This document shows, in pieces, positions 51,671 to 64,000 of a stretch of 64,000 nucleotides of DNA. Source of the stretch: Geosiphon pyriformis uo1 (taxonomy: Eukaryota > Fungi > Glomeromycota); assembly GCA_016748015.1 (NCBI GenBank), contig JAAOMT010000289.1, positions 197,639 to 261,638 on the forward strand. Direction: 5' to 3'. The translations under genes and the position numbers were made by a program. The notes under the pieces are model-generated. The model was not told where the DNA came from and searched no databases. It worked only from the letters and a program-made list of their open reading frames with translations. Numbering within the stretch: the stretch's first letter is position 1; the number at the start of each line of letters is the position of its first letter.

Positions 51671-52746
51671 ATGGCTCAAGACCCTCTACAACAAACATTC
51701 TAATTGCTCTTCAAGGTATACAGACTGCTTTAGGGTAAAGAAACAACACCCTATTACTATTATTCAGAGGTAATGCCTAAGATCTAATCAAATAACTAGA
51801 TGATTTTGAGAGAACTGCCACAGCAAACCAGTATGATAATGAATACAAGTTCCAAATTATTGGTGACTACCTCCAAGGCTCTCCTGCTACTTGGTTCTCA
51901 CAAGAAACTAATGCCAATGCTCAACAAAAAATCATTAGATGGGCACCAGCAAATACTGGAGAAGACAACATCTCTTTTACTACCCAGTTTGAAACAAAAT
52001 TCAGAACCCCAATATTAATATCTAAATGGCACATAGAACTGGAAAAAAAAACCCAAGGCCCTGGAGAAGTAGTGACAGAATATGCCAAAGCAATAAGAAA
52101 ACTTATTAAATGGGTAGACTCTAGAAGAAATTGGACAGAAGAGCAGAAAATACATTCCTTCACAAAAGAACTGAGAACTGATTTATCATATGCTCTTTGG
52201 CCTCTTTTGGCTTTAAAAGACAACCCAACAATGGACATGGTTATTAAACTTGTTCAACAAATTGAAGACAACCAAAGAATGCACTTGGGATCTATGCTTC
52301 CAGTTTTTGCTCTTGCTTTTATTATAGCTTCTGCTCTACAAATAACTGCTATTTTTTTTGCTGCCCAAACTCAAGACCCAAATGAACAGTTAATAGATAG
52401 ACTTACAGCTAATCTTGCTTGGTTATTAGAACCATTGGCCCAAGCAGTTAGAGAGAATCAACAATTTCAAAAAACCAGATTTGAACCCCACTTCAATCAG
52501 CTCCAACAACCACTATATCAAAGACAGCAAAATCATGGCCCACCTGTGTGCTATCATTGTGGACTAACTGGACACTTTTCCAGAGACTGTAACAATCCTC
52601 TTTTACCACCTCCAGCTCCCAGAAACAATGATAATCAAAACAACAAAACTATCAACAACAATATCACCAATCAAAGACCCAATCATGCTAACATCAATTT
52701 CTTTAGAGAGGATCTCTTAGCTAAAGCCACTGTTTATTACCTTTAA
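51671..52746 (+). pseudogene. gag: Element J Gag with CCHC knuckle
   Basis: Capsid motifs (LDDFERTATANQY, YLQGSPATWF, TQGPGEVVTEYAK) and CYHCGLTGHFSRDC. Confidence 0.9.
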
Positions 52747-52768
52747 ACTGATAGGTGCATCTTCAAAG

Positions 52769-55700
52769 AGTGAGAGTGCAAGCCAACCAAAAGAAAATTC
52801 TTTTTATGCTTTTAACTTAACTGATGATGACCATGACATGGATGAATTAGCAATCAACACCTCTGAATCAACAAGAAAGAAGAAAAAAGCCAAGGTTGAT
52901 TTTGTTCTAGATCCAAAGAAAGCCTTCACATCAACTGCTAATAACAATAAACCACTAAAGACTAAAGTTTTTAAAAATTCTCCAAAGTTAGAACCCCCAG
53001 AAATTGTACAAAAATCTGGACTCTATTTTGTTGTCAAGGATCTCATAGAAATGTTTGCACACATTACATTTGGCCAACTGATGATCCATCCACAATTCAG
53101 AAAAAATCTTTGCAAATCATTAATACCAAAGAAGAAGACACTAAAAACCAACAAACACTCTTGCCAAGCTGAACTCACTGACAACAGCAATGTCACTCCT
53201 CTGATTTGTAAAGCCCAAGTGGCTGGTTACTTTATTGACCTGATCCTAGACAGTAGATCATTTATTAGCGTCATTGTCAAACACTTCTTAAAAGCAATTG
53301 GCAGAAAGATTGATGAACTATCCACACGACTAATAACTAACATACATGATAACAAGAAAAAAGATCTGAGCATAGCCAAAGCTGTTCCTGTCTGAATCAA
53401 TGGCATCAGTATTGAAACTAACATGAAAGTATCTGAAGCAAAAAAATACACTATAATAGTTGGCAATGAATGGCTCAAGAAAGCAAAAGCCTTGTTTGAT
53501 TATGAACTCTGTGAATTGACCATCAGATGTGGTGAGAAACCCATTGTGGTTAAATGTTGTCATTAGACAACTCCTTCAGTACCCAAAAAAAGCCAAGAAG
53601 AAGAGCAATCAGATGAGTCAGATGATGAAAAAAGTGATAAAGAAGATGAACAAAAAGAACAAAAAAAAACTGCTGAACTTGCTTACACCATCTTTACCAG
53701 TAATGACAAACCATTAAATAATGTCAAAGCAGATAAAAAAGAAATTATAGTAAATAGCAAGCTGATCTGCTGGCCCTACTATAATATTTTTAGAAGAACC
53801 TTTAACTGAAAGCCTGGCAAGAAAGCCAAATACAGCTATTAGTGGCATGGCCCTTATGCCAGATGCTGGTGCAATAAACCTTTGTATTCACCAAGTGATG
53901 AATGCAAATCCTGCCTAATCTATTACAAAGATTGGGAACCAATCAGTTTAATACCCAGGGAAGAAATAAAAAAAGTACAGAAGTCCTTTGAAAATGAACC
54001 ATCTGAGATCCAATCATTTGTTGTAGAACAAAGAAAACCTTCCCCAGAAGAAAAAAAAGTAGATATTGAAAACCTATTGGTTAGAAACAGCCCAGTTATC
54101 TCAAAAGAAGATAATACCCCTGGACAAACTCATGTGATACAACACACCATCACCACCAAAGAAACTCACCCCATTTATTTGAAGTCTTATCAATTCAATT
54201 ATTGCAATGATGAGTTTATCAAGAAAGAGATAAACTGAATGAAAGATCTTGGATTTATACAAAAAACCAAGAATGAATGGGCTTTCTCAGTTGTAGTGGT
54301 ATCCAAGAAAGGTGGAACCCTATGCTTCTGTGTTGACTATCATCAACTAAATACCATCACTATAAGAGACATGTACCCACTTCCCAAAATTGATGCAATG
54401 CTAGATAAATTCAATGGTGCTGCTTTCTTCTTAACCATTAACTTAACTGCTGAATTCTGGCAAGTAGAGATGAATCCAGAAAGCAAAAAGAAAACTGCTT
54501 TCATCACCAAGTATGGCACTTATGAATTCACAGTCATGCCTTTTGGTCTCACCAATGCTCTTCCTATCTTTCAATGCCTAATAGATAAAATGTTTAAATT
54601 AGTAAAAAAAAACTTTGTTCTGGTTTATTTGGATGACATAATAATATATTCAAAAACCTGGGATGAACATTTTAAACACCTGCAAAAGATTTTTGACCTT
54701 CTTAGAAATGCTGACCTTAAGATCAACCCAATCAAATCTTTCTTTGGACGCCAATCAACCCAATTCCTTGTTCATCTTATTACAAAAGACGGAATCTTTC
54801 CTGACCCAGCTAAAATTGAAAAAGTTCAAAACATTAAACAACCAATAAATGTTCCTGAACTATGCTCTTTTCTTGGTTTGGCCTCTTACTATCGCAAATT
54901 TATTAAGAATTTCTCCAAAACCATCTTTCCTCTTAATCAGCTACTCAGAAAAAATGTCAATTATCACTGGAGCACTCATTAACAAAAAGCTTTTGAAATT
55001 CTGAAGGAAAAACTTGTTACTAAACCAATTCTCAAGCAACCTGATCTGGATCGATCTTTTATTCTCCACACTGATGTATCTGGCTATAGACTTGGTGCTG
55101 TTCTTTCACAGAAAAATGAAAATGGCAGAAAACATGCCATAGCATATGCCAGTAGATCTTTTACACCAGCAGAAAAGAACTATTCAGTTACTAAACAAGA
55201 ATGTTTAGCAGTAGTTTGGGCCACCAACTACTGGAATCAATATCTTTTTGGTGCAAAATTCTTAGTGGTAACAGATTATCAAGCTTTGGTTTGGTTGCAT
55301 AATAAAAAGAAGCTGGAACACAAATGAATAACTCACTGAATACTCCACTTGGATGAATTTGACTATAATATTCAACACCACAAAAGAACAAATCATCAAA
55401 ATGCCAATGCTCTCTCTAGACTTACCATTCAGTGACAGTACAATTTCACAAACTAAACCAATCTAAGTAGTAACTTCTTCACAAACAAACACGATAATGG
55501 ACTTGAACAACTACTCTGCCTTAATAGAATTTTTGGGTAAAAGACAATACCCACCAGAATACACTTGACAGCAAAGAGAACATTTGCACAAACAATCAAA
55601 TTTTTATTTGATCTGCCAGAACCAATTATACAAAAGAAACAGAAAAGATTCTGACCGCCTCTAGAGAGTCATTAAATTTGAAAAAAGAGAAATTGTAATA

Positions 55701-56811
55701 TACAATATGCACACTGACTTATTAGCTGAACACTTTGGAAAAAACAAAGACAATTCAGAAAACTTTAGCTCACTATTATTGGCCTACTTTGGGAAAAAAC
55801 ATTGCTGAATACATCAAAACCTATAACATTTGCCAAAAAAGAGGCAAACCCAATTACAAAGAAGATATTCATCCAATCTTTGTTGGTCAACTATTTGACA
55901 GAATTGGTATAGATGTTGTTGGACTTTTAACAATAACTCCTGATAGCAATAGATACATTATTACAGCTACCAACTATCTCACAAAATGGGTAGAAGCAAG
56001 AGCTATTTCAGACCAAACAGCAGTCTCAATAGCCAATTTCATTTATGAAGATATCATTTGCCATTATGGTTGCACCAAAGAACTTTTATTTAATAGAAAA
56101 AGAGCTTTTCTCAGTACACTGGTTGAAAAACTTTGTAGAAAAATGGAAATATATCATAAACTTTCCTTCCCTTATCACCCCTAAACAAATGGCCTAGTGA
56201 AACATTTCAATAGAACATTATGTAAAATCTTAGCCAAAACCAGTGAAGAAACAAACTTATGAGACAAAGTACTGTCTTCAGCCTTGTTTGCTTATAGAAC
56301 TGTGAATTATGACATAACAAGTTATGAACTTTTTTATCTGTTCTATGGACGCATAACAACACTACCAATAGAAATTGACATTGAAACAATACCCTTTAAA
56401 GAAATCACAATAGAAAATTACAAAGACATTTTGCAAAGAAGACTTGGTACCATTTTTGACTCCTTGATAGAAGCACAAATAATTGCTTTTGAAAAGATAA
56501 AACAGTTTCAAGAAAAGCTTAAGAAAAAGAAAACCTATAAAACACTTTCCTTAAGTGTTGATGATTTGGTACTAGAATACCATTTAAACAAAGACAATGT
56601 TTATGGTGATAAATTTTCTAGCCAGTGAAAAGGACCCTTTTTAGTCAACAAAGTCTTGAACAATGGTTCTTATATTCTTCAAGATCAATCTGAAACAATC
56701 TTCAATAATTGTCCTGTTCACAGTACACAACTCAAGAAATATCATAAACGACCTGATTGGCTGCCTGTTGTAATGATACCAACTCAAATAATCAGCAAAA
56801 ATCAAGTATAA
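52769..56811 (+). pseudogene. pol: Element J Pol (protease, small Cys insert, RT, RNase H, integrase)
   Basis: LILDSR (~53240-53257), VMPFGL, YLDD (~54626), ILHTDVS, AEKNY, HYYWP, IGIDVVG, NGLVKHFN, KGPFLV. Confidence 0.93.
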
Positions 56812-56852
56812 ATAAATGCATCATTCCCAAAACAGAGGTATTTTCAATTGAC

Positions 56853-57495
56853 ATGAACAATTATTTTCTGGATCAAAACATTCAAAACACTTTCTATACT
56901 CTCCATGAGTATTGGATCAAAAACTATCTAAATGCTATTCTGACTATTGGAAAACAAACCACCATAACTGATAACAATGGAACACATACTGTTATTAGAC
57001 CAAAGAAAACTACTACTAGAAGAAAAAAAATTGGTAGTAAAATAGATAAATATCTGTTGAAAAGTATAACAATAACTATACTTCTGTCTTCCAACACAAT
57101 TAGAAAAATACTTTAAGAAATCTTACTCATAAACAAAAACTTGTCATATGGAAGGCAATTAGAACTCTATGGTCATCTTGGTAAAATCATAGAGGATATG
57201 AAACTCATGAAGAAAACAACTTCAGAGATACAGGCAAAAATTTTGGGCATTATACAGTTGGATGTCTTAAGAGTTTTAACTAAAAACTCTAATACAAAGA
57301 TTTGGTCTCTTGGATACAAAACTCATTTTGTCTCAAGTGTTATATATCTTATCCACAAAAGACTTCAACAAACTAGTTAGCTTTGAGTTAGATAAAACCC
57401 TTCAAATAGATTATACCATAAATAGCTTAATTTCACCAGAGCTCAATCTCTTTGAAGAGGATGATATTACAGTTGAAACTTATACTTCTTATTAA
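56853..57495 (+). pseudogene. Element J extra ORF3
   Basis: MNNYFLDQNIQNTFYTLHEYW...QLELYGHLGKII...ILSTKDFNKLV...PELNLFEEDDITVETYTSY*, running through the PPT into the LTR; broken by a stop and a frameshift. Confidence 0.68.
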
Positions 57496-58501
57496 TTATC
57501 ACATGTATTAACCATTAATGTCACATAAATTAGCCACTCTATTTTTAGATAGTGATTATTGACCTGATCAATGACCTGACCATTGACCTGATTATTGACC
57601 TGATCATTGACCTAATCATTGACCTGATCAATAACCTGACTATTGACCTAATTATTAACTTAGTTGTTAACCTGATCATTGATCACTTTTGATAGCTATA
57701 TAAGTGATGAATCTTTTAGCTGTGAAGAAGCACATTCAAAGTAATAAAAAATAAATAAAATAACAACTTTCATCTCAATTATTTTCTTATTACTAAATTC
57801 TTTTTCTCTACCTTCAAGTATCTGAACATCTTAAAGATAAAAGATTACTTGTTGGTCTTTACCTACCTTTTTTCTAAAATGTATAAGTGTAACATTTGAA
57901 GATTATTGAATAAAACATAACTAAAGAGCACATCTAATACTTGATATTGAATTCTAAGAGTGCTGACATAAGGCATAGAATTATGTTAAGTGTGATCATT
58001 TGTTGACAGTATGGACTATCTCTCTACCTTCAGATTCTCTGGTTATCTTTGAAAAGTATAGCAACTGAGATATTTTATGAGACTGATCTTATACATTGAA
58101 TCTATACTTATTTAATTCGCTCTTTAAAGTTGAATTCTCTTTGATTCCTTTCATCATCCTACAATCCTGTTCTCTCTTGCTATCCATTAACTTGTTACTT
58201 CAACCCATAACACTATATCTTAATTAGTTGAATTTTAATTAACACAATCTGACCAAAATTGGCAACTGTAACAAAGATTATTTCCTTAAATGTATTTATA
58301 AAAATTTTTTTAATAATTATGATTTAATTTAAATGAATTCCTTGTTTTTTGAGATCACTGTTTACAATAATGCCTTTTTTTCTGGTGATATTCATAAAAA
58401 GAAAACAGATATAGAAAATAGCAGACCAATAAGAGAATAGTATTTAGCACATGAACATATTGCTCAAAAAATCATAGCACATTGCTCAGGAATGTGAGCG
58501 A

Positions 58502-59462
58502 TGTTACCAGATGAAATTAGAGATATTATTTAGCATGAAATTATCTTATAATTTCTATCATTAATTAGCATATATTATTGTTTCAAATGATCACTTATTA
58601 CATTAGCAAAAATGTCTGAAATTATCATTTAATTAATAACCCAAATTGTACACAACACAAATGTAACCTAATTGTGATGATCAATCATGGAATACCCCAA
58701 ACTATGTAACATTCAGAAGTTTGCCGAAATTTGTAGAAATTTGTTGAAATAATTGATAGTTTACCGAAATATTTAATAGTTCACCGAAATGTATCTTTAG
58801 TTCAGCGAAATTGTAGAAAATAGCAAAGTTCAAGTTCATAGAATAGTGTTACAACAAGTTGTATAAAAGAAGAGCTTCTCTCTTCGAGAAAATGTATCTT
58901 ACTTTAGATTTATCTCTTAAAACCATTCCTATACACACAAAAAGAAATAAATATCAAATAATTCGAAAAACCAAATTCTTTAATTATTGTACTTGGAAAA
59001 TTCCCAAAACCCAACTAACATTTCGAAATTGATTAGCTACCAATTTCAGTAAACTGTTAGTGACTCCAGGCCTGGATAGAAAAACGTTCCCTTGATAAAA
59101 ATCTTATTTCTTTTACATTTCTTTTATTTTTCTTTTTTTTTCTTATTACAATCATTAAAGTAGCCTACAGATGAGATTCCTGTAGAAGAGTTGACTTTCA
59201 CAGCAAAGTAACTACACATTTTTAGTGAGCTTCCAGACGAGCAATTCCTGGAAAAGAGTTGACGTTTACTACAATGTAACTACATAAAGCAACTGGCATG
59301 GAATTGGTCATTCCACTCATAAGCCTAGCAAGTTCAAATTATAGGAGATAATTTGAAGATAAATTCAGTTATTGAAGGTTCAACCACATCCAGAAAACGT
59401 GAATTCACAGCAAATAAGTATCAACAACATTACAGAAAAGAGACCAAAAACTTCCAGTAACA
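58502..59462 (+). mobile_element. Solo LTR D2 inserted in the U3 array of K's 5' LTR
   Basis: TGTTAC...GTAACA ends; TSD GCGA (58498-58501)/GCAA (59463-59466); homologous to 8348-9329. Confidence 0.92.
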
Positions 59463-60124
59463 GCAATCTCATAGAACATCAATTAGGTATATATAGTAGC
59501 AGTGTTAAAAGTAGAAAAAAAACAGAATTCTTTAATTAGAAATCTTCCATCAACAAATATTAAATAAATAAATCATTTACCATCCAAATCCACTCTTCAC
59601 TATCAACATTTCATGTTGATAGAAATTGATACTTAACCATGCTGAAACAATAGCTCTTGATTATGACTATTGACAAGATACTAACTTACACATTGTCTTG
59701 GCTTATTTCTTTATTTTCTTTTATTTCTTTTTTTTTTGATTTTATTGTTGCATACTAACTGCTTAAGAATTAAAGCACTGAGTAATTGATGTCATGGATA
59801 GCCTGGTAAAAGACCCAGAAATAAGGGTGAAATTATATATATATTAACAGATAGCTTACCAGAAAAGCACAACTGCCAAAATAAACTGGCCACCAAGCTG
59901 AAGACAGAAATTGGGAACACAACTCACCAACCAATTACATCATCATTGAATCTCTGTTCATTATACAAAGAACTCAACTCTAAAACCTTCAAATACAACC
60001 AACGTACTAGTAAAACCAACATTGTCAAGATATTGAGCATTAAGTTATGGATTTGTTATTTGATTTGAGACCCCAAATAATCATCTGTAATATTTGGTGC
60101 TCTCTGTGAGGTATAATCTTACAG

Positions 60125-63100
60125 AGAACCAGCACCATCAACAATCATTCAAAAGTGACAGAATTAGAAATCATAAGAACAAACTATCTAGGATTTGCCA
60201 AATTCTTATTCCAACAGTACAGTCAACAATTAGGATTGAACCATAATCATTTCCCAGCAGAATCAGCCTTCAACTTTTACATCAACAATAAAATTATAGA
60301 CTGCTTAGAAAGAACAGTTAACATTGAATCTGCAAAAGAAAATTTCTATACAGAATTATTTTAACATACCAGCTTACCAAAAAACTACAGTTTCGCACCA
60401 ATTATTAGGAAAATCAATCAAACTATTGAAAGGTATACACAACAACAATTCCTCATCACCTATGTAGATAAAAGCAAAGGAAGATTGCAAACCCCAGCAG
60501 TAACACCAAAACAAATACAACCACCCAATTGGAAGAAAACCCAAGTTGAATCATCCACCAATCTATCATATTATTATACGCCCAGAAGTGCTATCAACAT
60601 CTTATCAACAAACGCATTTACATTAAATGTAACATCAACTTTTGGATGCTTCCCATTTCAAAGTAAACAAAAAAAAGCAGAGTTATTAGAACCATATAGC
60701 AATTATTTTGAAGGATTTAAATTGCAATCACCAATGCCATTAGGATTCCAATCTTTACTACCCCAACCAGATTTCAGAACTGCAAGTTCTTGGGAAGTAA
60801 TGGAATCAGAAAAAGACCAAAAAGAAGAGGAAAAAGAATCTGAAGATCAAGAATTTACTTATCAGAACCTGATCACTGAAAAGCCAGAAATCAAAACCCC
60901 AAACTTTCAGACTCAACAAAATCTAAATTTAGAAAATCCAGAAATTAAAACTCTGAATTTTCAAACACAGCACAATCAGAATAATTGAAACCCCGACATT
61001 AATAATCAACAACACTTACCTTCAATAATCATGATCAATTCATCCTCAGCTCTATCAATTGACAAACAGCAATAACAGCCACTTCAGCCACCTCAACTAC
61101 CATAGCAGCTGCTTTTATAGCTGCAACAACAATCCCAACTATACTTAGATCCAATGATCTATGCTCCAATAGCAATACTCGAGAAATTCACTGGTAAAGA
61201 AGACAACACCCAAGTATGGCTTAATGACATAGAAAAAGCCATAGTGGCTAATGAATGGAATGATGCCAGAGCAATGCAAGCCATTCCATATTTTCTTTAG
61301 GATACTGCTAATTCATGATATCAAAGCCTAGTCAACAAACCCCAAGATTTTAATGCATTTAAAATTGAGTTCTTAAGATACTTCAGCAACAATAACAGCA
61401 TTAACAGACTAGCAAACACCTTCACTACTATCAAACAAGAAGAAAATAAAGCAGTTACTACTTACTTAAGATGCTTCTACAAAAATCTGCACTAGATTCA
61501 AGCCATTGATGCCAATTACTTCACAGTGGCCCAAATCTTAAATTAGTTTATTTGCGGATTATGCAGTAGTATTCTGCAAAACGTACATCCAATATATCCC
61601 GTTGATTTGCAAGCAGCCATCACAAACACCAGAGATTTTGAAGCCACTGAATTAGAAGCCAACCATGCCCAAGCTGTTAATCTAGTAATGAATGGGTCAT
61701 CTGAATTGAATTCCAAATTGAAACAATTTAGTGATTCCATCAATCAGAAATTAGAGGGATACTTAGCTAACAATTATGCAATTTATCAACCACCACAATA
61801 ATGCAATAATTCCAGAAACATGAATCGTTTCCAGAATTAGTTATTTCTATCATCATCAACCAATTAACAGTGGCAACAGGAAACGCATGTTTGCCACTAT
61901 TATGATAAACAAGGACACCTACAAATTGATTGTCACTATTGCTTAAATAACCAATGATTGGAAAATCAATATCAAAACCCCAATCACCAGTTTTGAATTC
62001 CAAATAACCTACTAAACTCAGAGCCACACCATCAGAATTACATATCTATGATGCAGCAGCCAATTTATCAACCACCAGTATATCAAGCACCAATTTATCA
62101 ACCAACAACACCAACAATTTATCAACCATAGGCACAACTCATTTATCAGCTGCAGGTAATCTATCAGCCTTAACAAATTCCAACCCCGCCACAGAACTTA
62201 CTTCAAAACAGAACTCAAAGGCCAAGATTGACTTAACAAAGCTGGAGATCATCAATGATAGTTCACCAACTGATCCCTAGTTCTTCTACACAACCAGCAG
62301 AATCTTGACAATGGAATTCGGACACCAAGTATGCCCAAAATCCGAATTTCCAGAACTATTTAAGCCTCCTGGTTATCCCAAAAGACACTCAACCCAATAA
62401 TCCAGAAACCAAACAACAATTAACACTTACCAGCAATATTCTCTCAGCTACTATCACCAAGAATGAAACACTGAATGCCATCTTTCTATTCAAACTCGAA
62501 AAAACCACACCAGTTCTATTATTCAGTGGAGCCACTTTTAACACCAAACTGATTACTGCCATGTACATTAACACAAAGATTGATAGTCACACCATCAAAC
62601 TGATCCTAGACAATGGATCAGCTGACAGCATCATCACAAAACAACTTATAGACCAATTAGGTCACCAAGTTGATTGTGCTGCCAGCACCAGGATCATAAC
62701 TGCCAATGGAGCAACCAAAACCCCTATTGGTGAAATTGATGACTTTCCTTTTGAAGTCAATGGTATTATCATTCCCATCAAAGTCTTAGTGATAGAAGCA
62801 ACCCAATATTAGACATTAGTAGGGAATGATTGGTTATCTAAAACCAATACCATACTGGACTGGATAACACAAAAGCTTCAACTGAGCCAAAACAGTCGAC
62901 ACACACGTGTACTAGCCACATGTGGCCATTTCAAACCCATTAACTCAACAACACCACTTATTGAATTCAAGGAAGAAGAGAAGAAACCTACCTGGGAAGC
63001 CTACCAAGTTTTCTGGGCCAACACAGAACACAATGAACTGCCGCCAATACTTTTGTGGGATGACAACAGCAAAGGAAAGCAGAGCAAAGAACTTATCTGG

Positions 63101-63933
63101 AAAGCCGACCAAGCCTGAAAAACTGACAATGACCAAGAAAAACAAATAAATTGGGAATAGAAAGAAGACAAAAAGGGAAAAAGAAAGGAGAAAAAAGAAG
63201 AACCAACAACCAACAGCAAACCCACTTATAATTCCTACATTACACCCCACTGATCCACTTATTGCTACTCAAAACTAGTATGTGTCAATTGTGGCAAGAA
63301 ATTGTCATCAATGGGTGTTTGTTGTGACGATGATAAGGAGTACACTTCGGCAATAAAATTCTACTGTTACTTATGCATAATTGAATGCTTTGGAAGGCCA
63401 AAATGGATTGGAAAATGGGACAATGAATCATGCTTGGCTTGTGGAGAAACTTTTTTAGATGAAGAAATGTGGAACAACATTCTTGGGTAAGAAGAAATGT
63501 ATGACAAATTATGTCAATACACAATCCTTATAAGTGACTGGGTGAGAAAAGAAATGTCCATAGACACTGTCTGGAGATAAGTCATCAAACATCTAGACGG
63601 GTGCCCACATAATGATGATGAAATCTGGCAAATGACACTCACTAAAATCGAAGGAGCGACCCCAGAAGAGATAAAAACAATTAAAAATAACCCACTTGAA
63701 CCTATAGAACTCGACTGGGATCCAGAACCAGTCATAAATTTCTTAGATCCAAAACAATTCTATGAACATTATCAAAAGCTAGCACCTATCAGGGAAGAAC
63801 AAGAGTAGCGTTTAGAGCAGTTAAATATTCGGTTATGTCAACATTGCTTAATTCCCTGTGACTTTCAATATTGTAATGAGTGTGACCTCATTTACAATCC
63901 ACCACCACACATGATCTACACAATCCCAGAAGA
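60125..63933 (+). pseudogene. Element K leader ORF, Gag, protease and Cys-rich insert
   Basis: Collinear with 6450-11250 of element C; CVNC, CC, YCYLC, CLACG, CQHCLIPCDFQYCNEC. Confidence 0.88.
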
Positions 63934-64000
63934 ATAAACAATGTACAAGTAGAAGACGTAAAAAATAAAGTCAAACAAACAATACTAGAAAAAAAAGTAT

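Larger units (their letters stand above)
50403..58212 (+). mobile_element. Ty3/Gypsy element J (full length, distinct family, no dUTPase)
   Basis: 748-bp LTRs 50403-51150 and 57465-58212; perfect TSD CTAT (50399-50402/58213-58216); PBS 51157-51173; PPT gaagaggatga 57454-57464. Confidence 0.95.
44510..58385 (-). mobile_element. LINE with APE-RT-RNase H-CCHC ORF2, interrupted by Gypsy J; ORF1 cut by Gypsy K
   Basis: A-rich tail ~44510-44545; 3' UTR 44530-44650; ORF2 44651-~49333; ORF1 49328-50402 plus 58213-58385. Confidence 0.9.
58386..64000 (+). mobile_element. Ty3/Gypsy element K (C-like, internally deleted; runs off window end)
   Basis: 5' LTR 58386-60092 (with D2 inside), PBS 60095, leader/gag 60125-62450, protease ILDNGS ~62600, Cys-rich 63280-63885, then a direct join to the ORF3 tail at ~63934. 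Confidence 0.9.

Overview
The window is a gene-free, very AT-rich eukaryotic repeat island made almost entirely of nested, decayed retroelements. Style and encoded proteins suggest an early-diverging fungus (Glomeromycotina/Geosiphon-like; inference, not verified). I resolve six Ty3/Gypsy (Metaviridae) proviral copies (called A, B, C, H, J, K), seven solo LTRs, two long LINEs, one 5'-truncated LINE end and one ORF1-only (HAL1-like) non-LTR element. Most junctions carry TG..CA ends and target-site duplications (TSDs), and nesting reaches five levels (old LINE > A > B > C > solo LTR D1). All coding regions are pseudogenised, mainly by C>T/G>A transitions. The Gypsy elements have an unusual architecture: ATG-less leader ORF - Gag - protease - Cys-rich/zinc-finger insert - dUTPase - RT - RNase H - integrase (GPY/F, no chromodomain) - extra soluble ~200-aa ORF ending at the PPT. 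The best candidate for an undescribed system is that extra ORF (ORF3). It diverges faster than pol and, in B/C/K, varies together with family-specific palindromic tandem repeats in the LTR U3, suggesting an element-encoded trans-regulator or anti-silencing module. No host genes, RNA genes or CRISPR arrays were found. Coordinates inside the most eroded elements are approximate.
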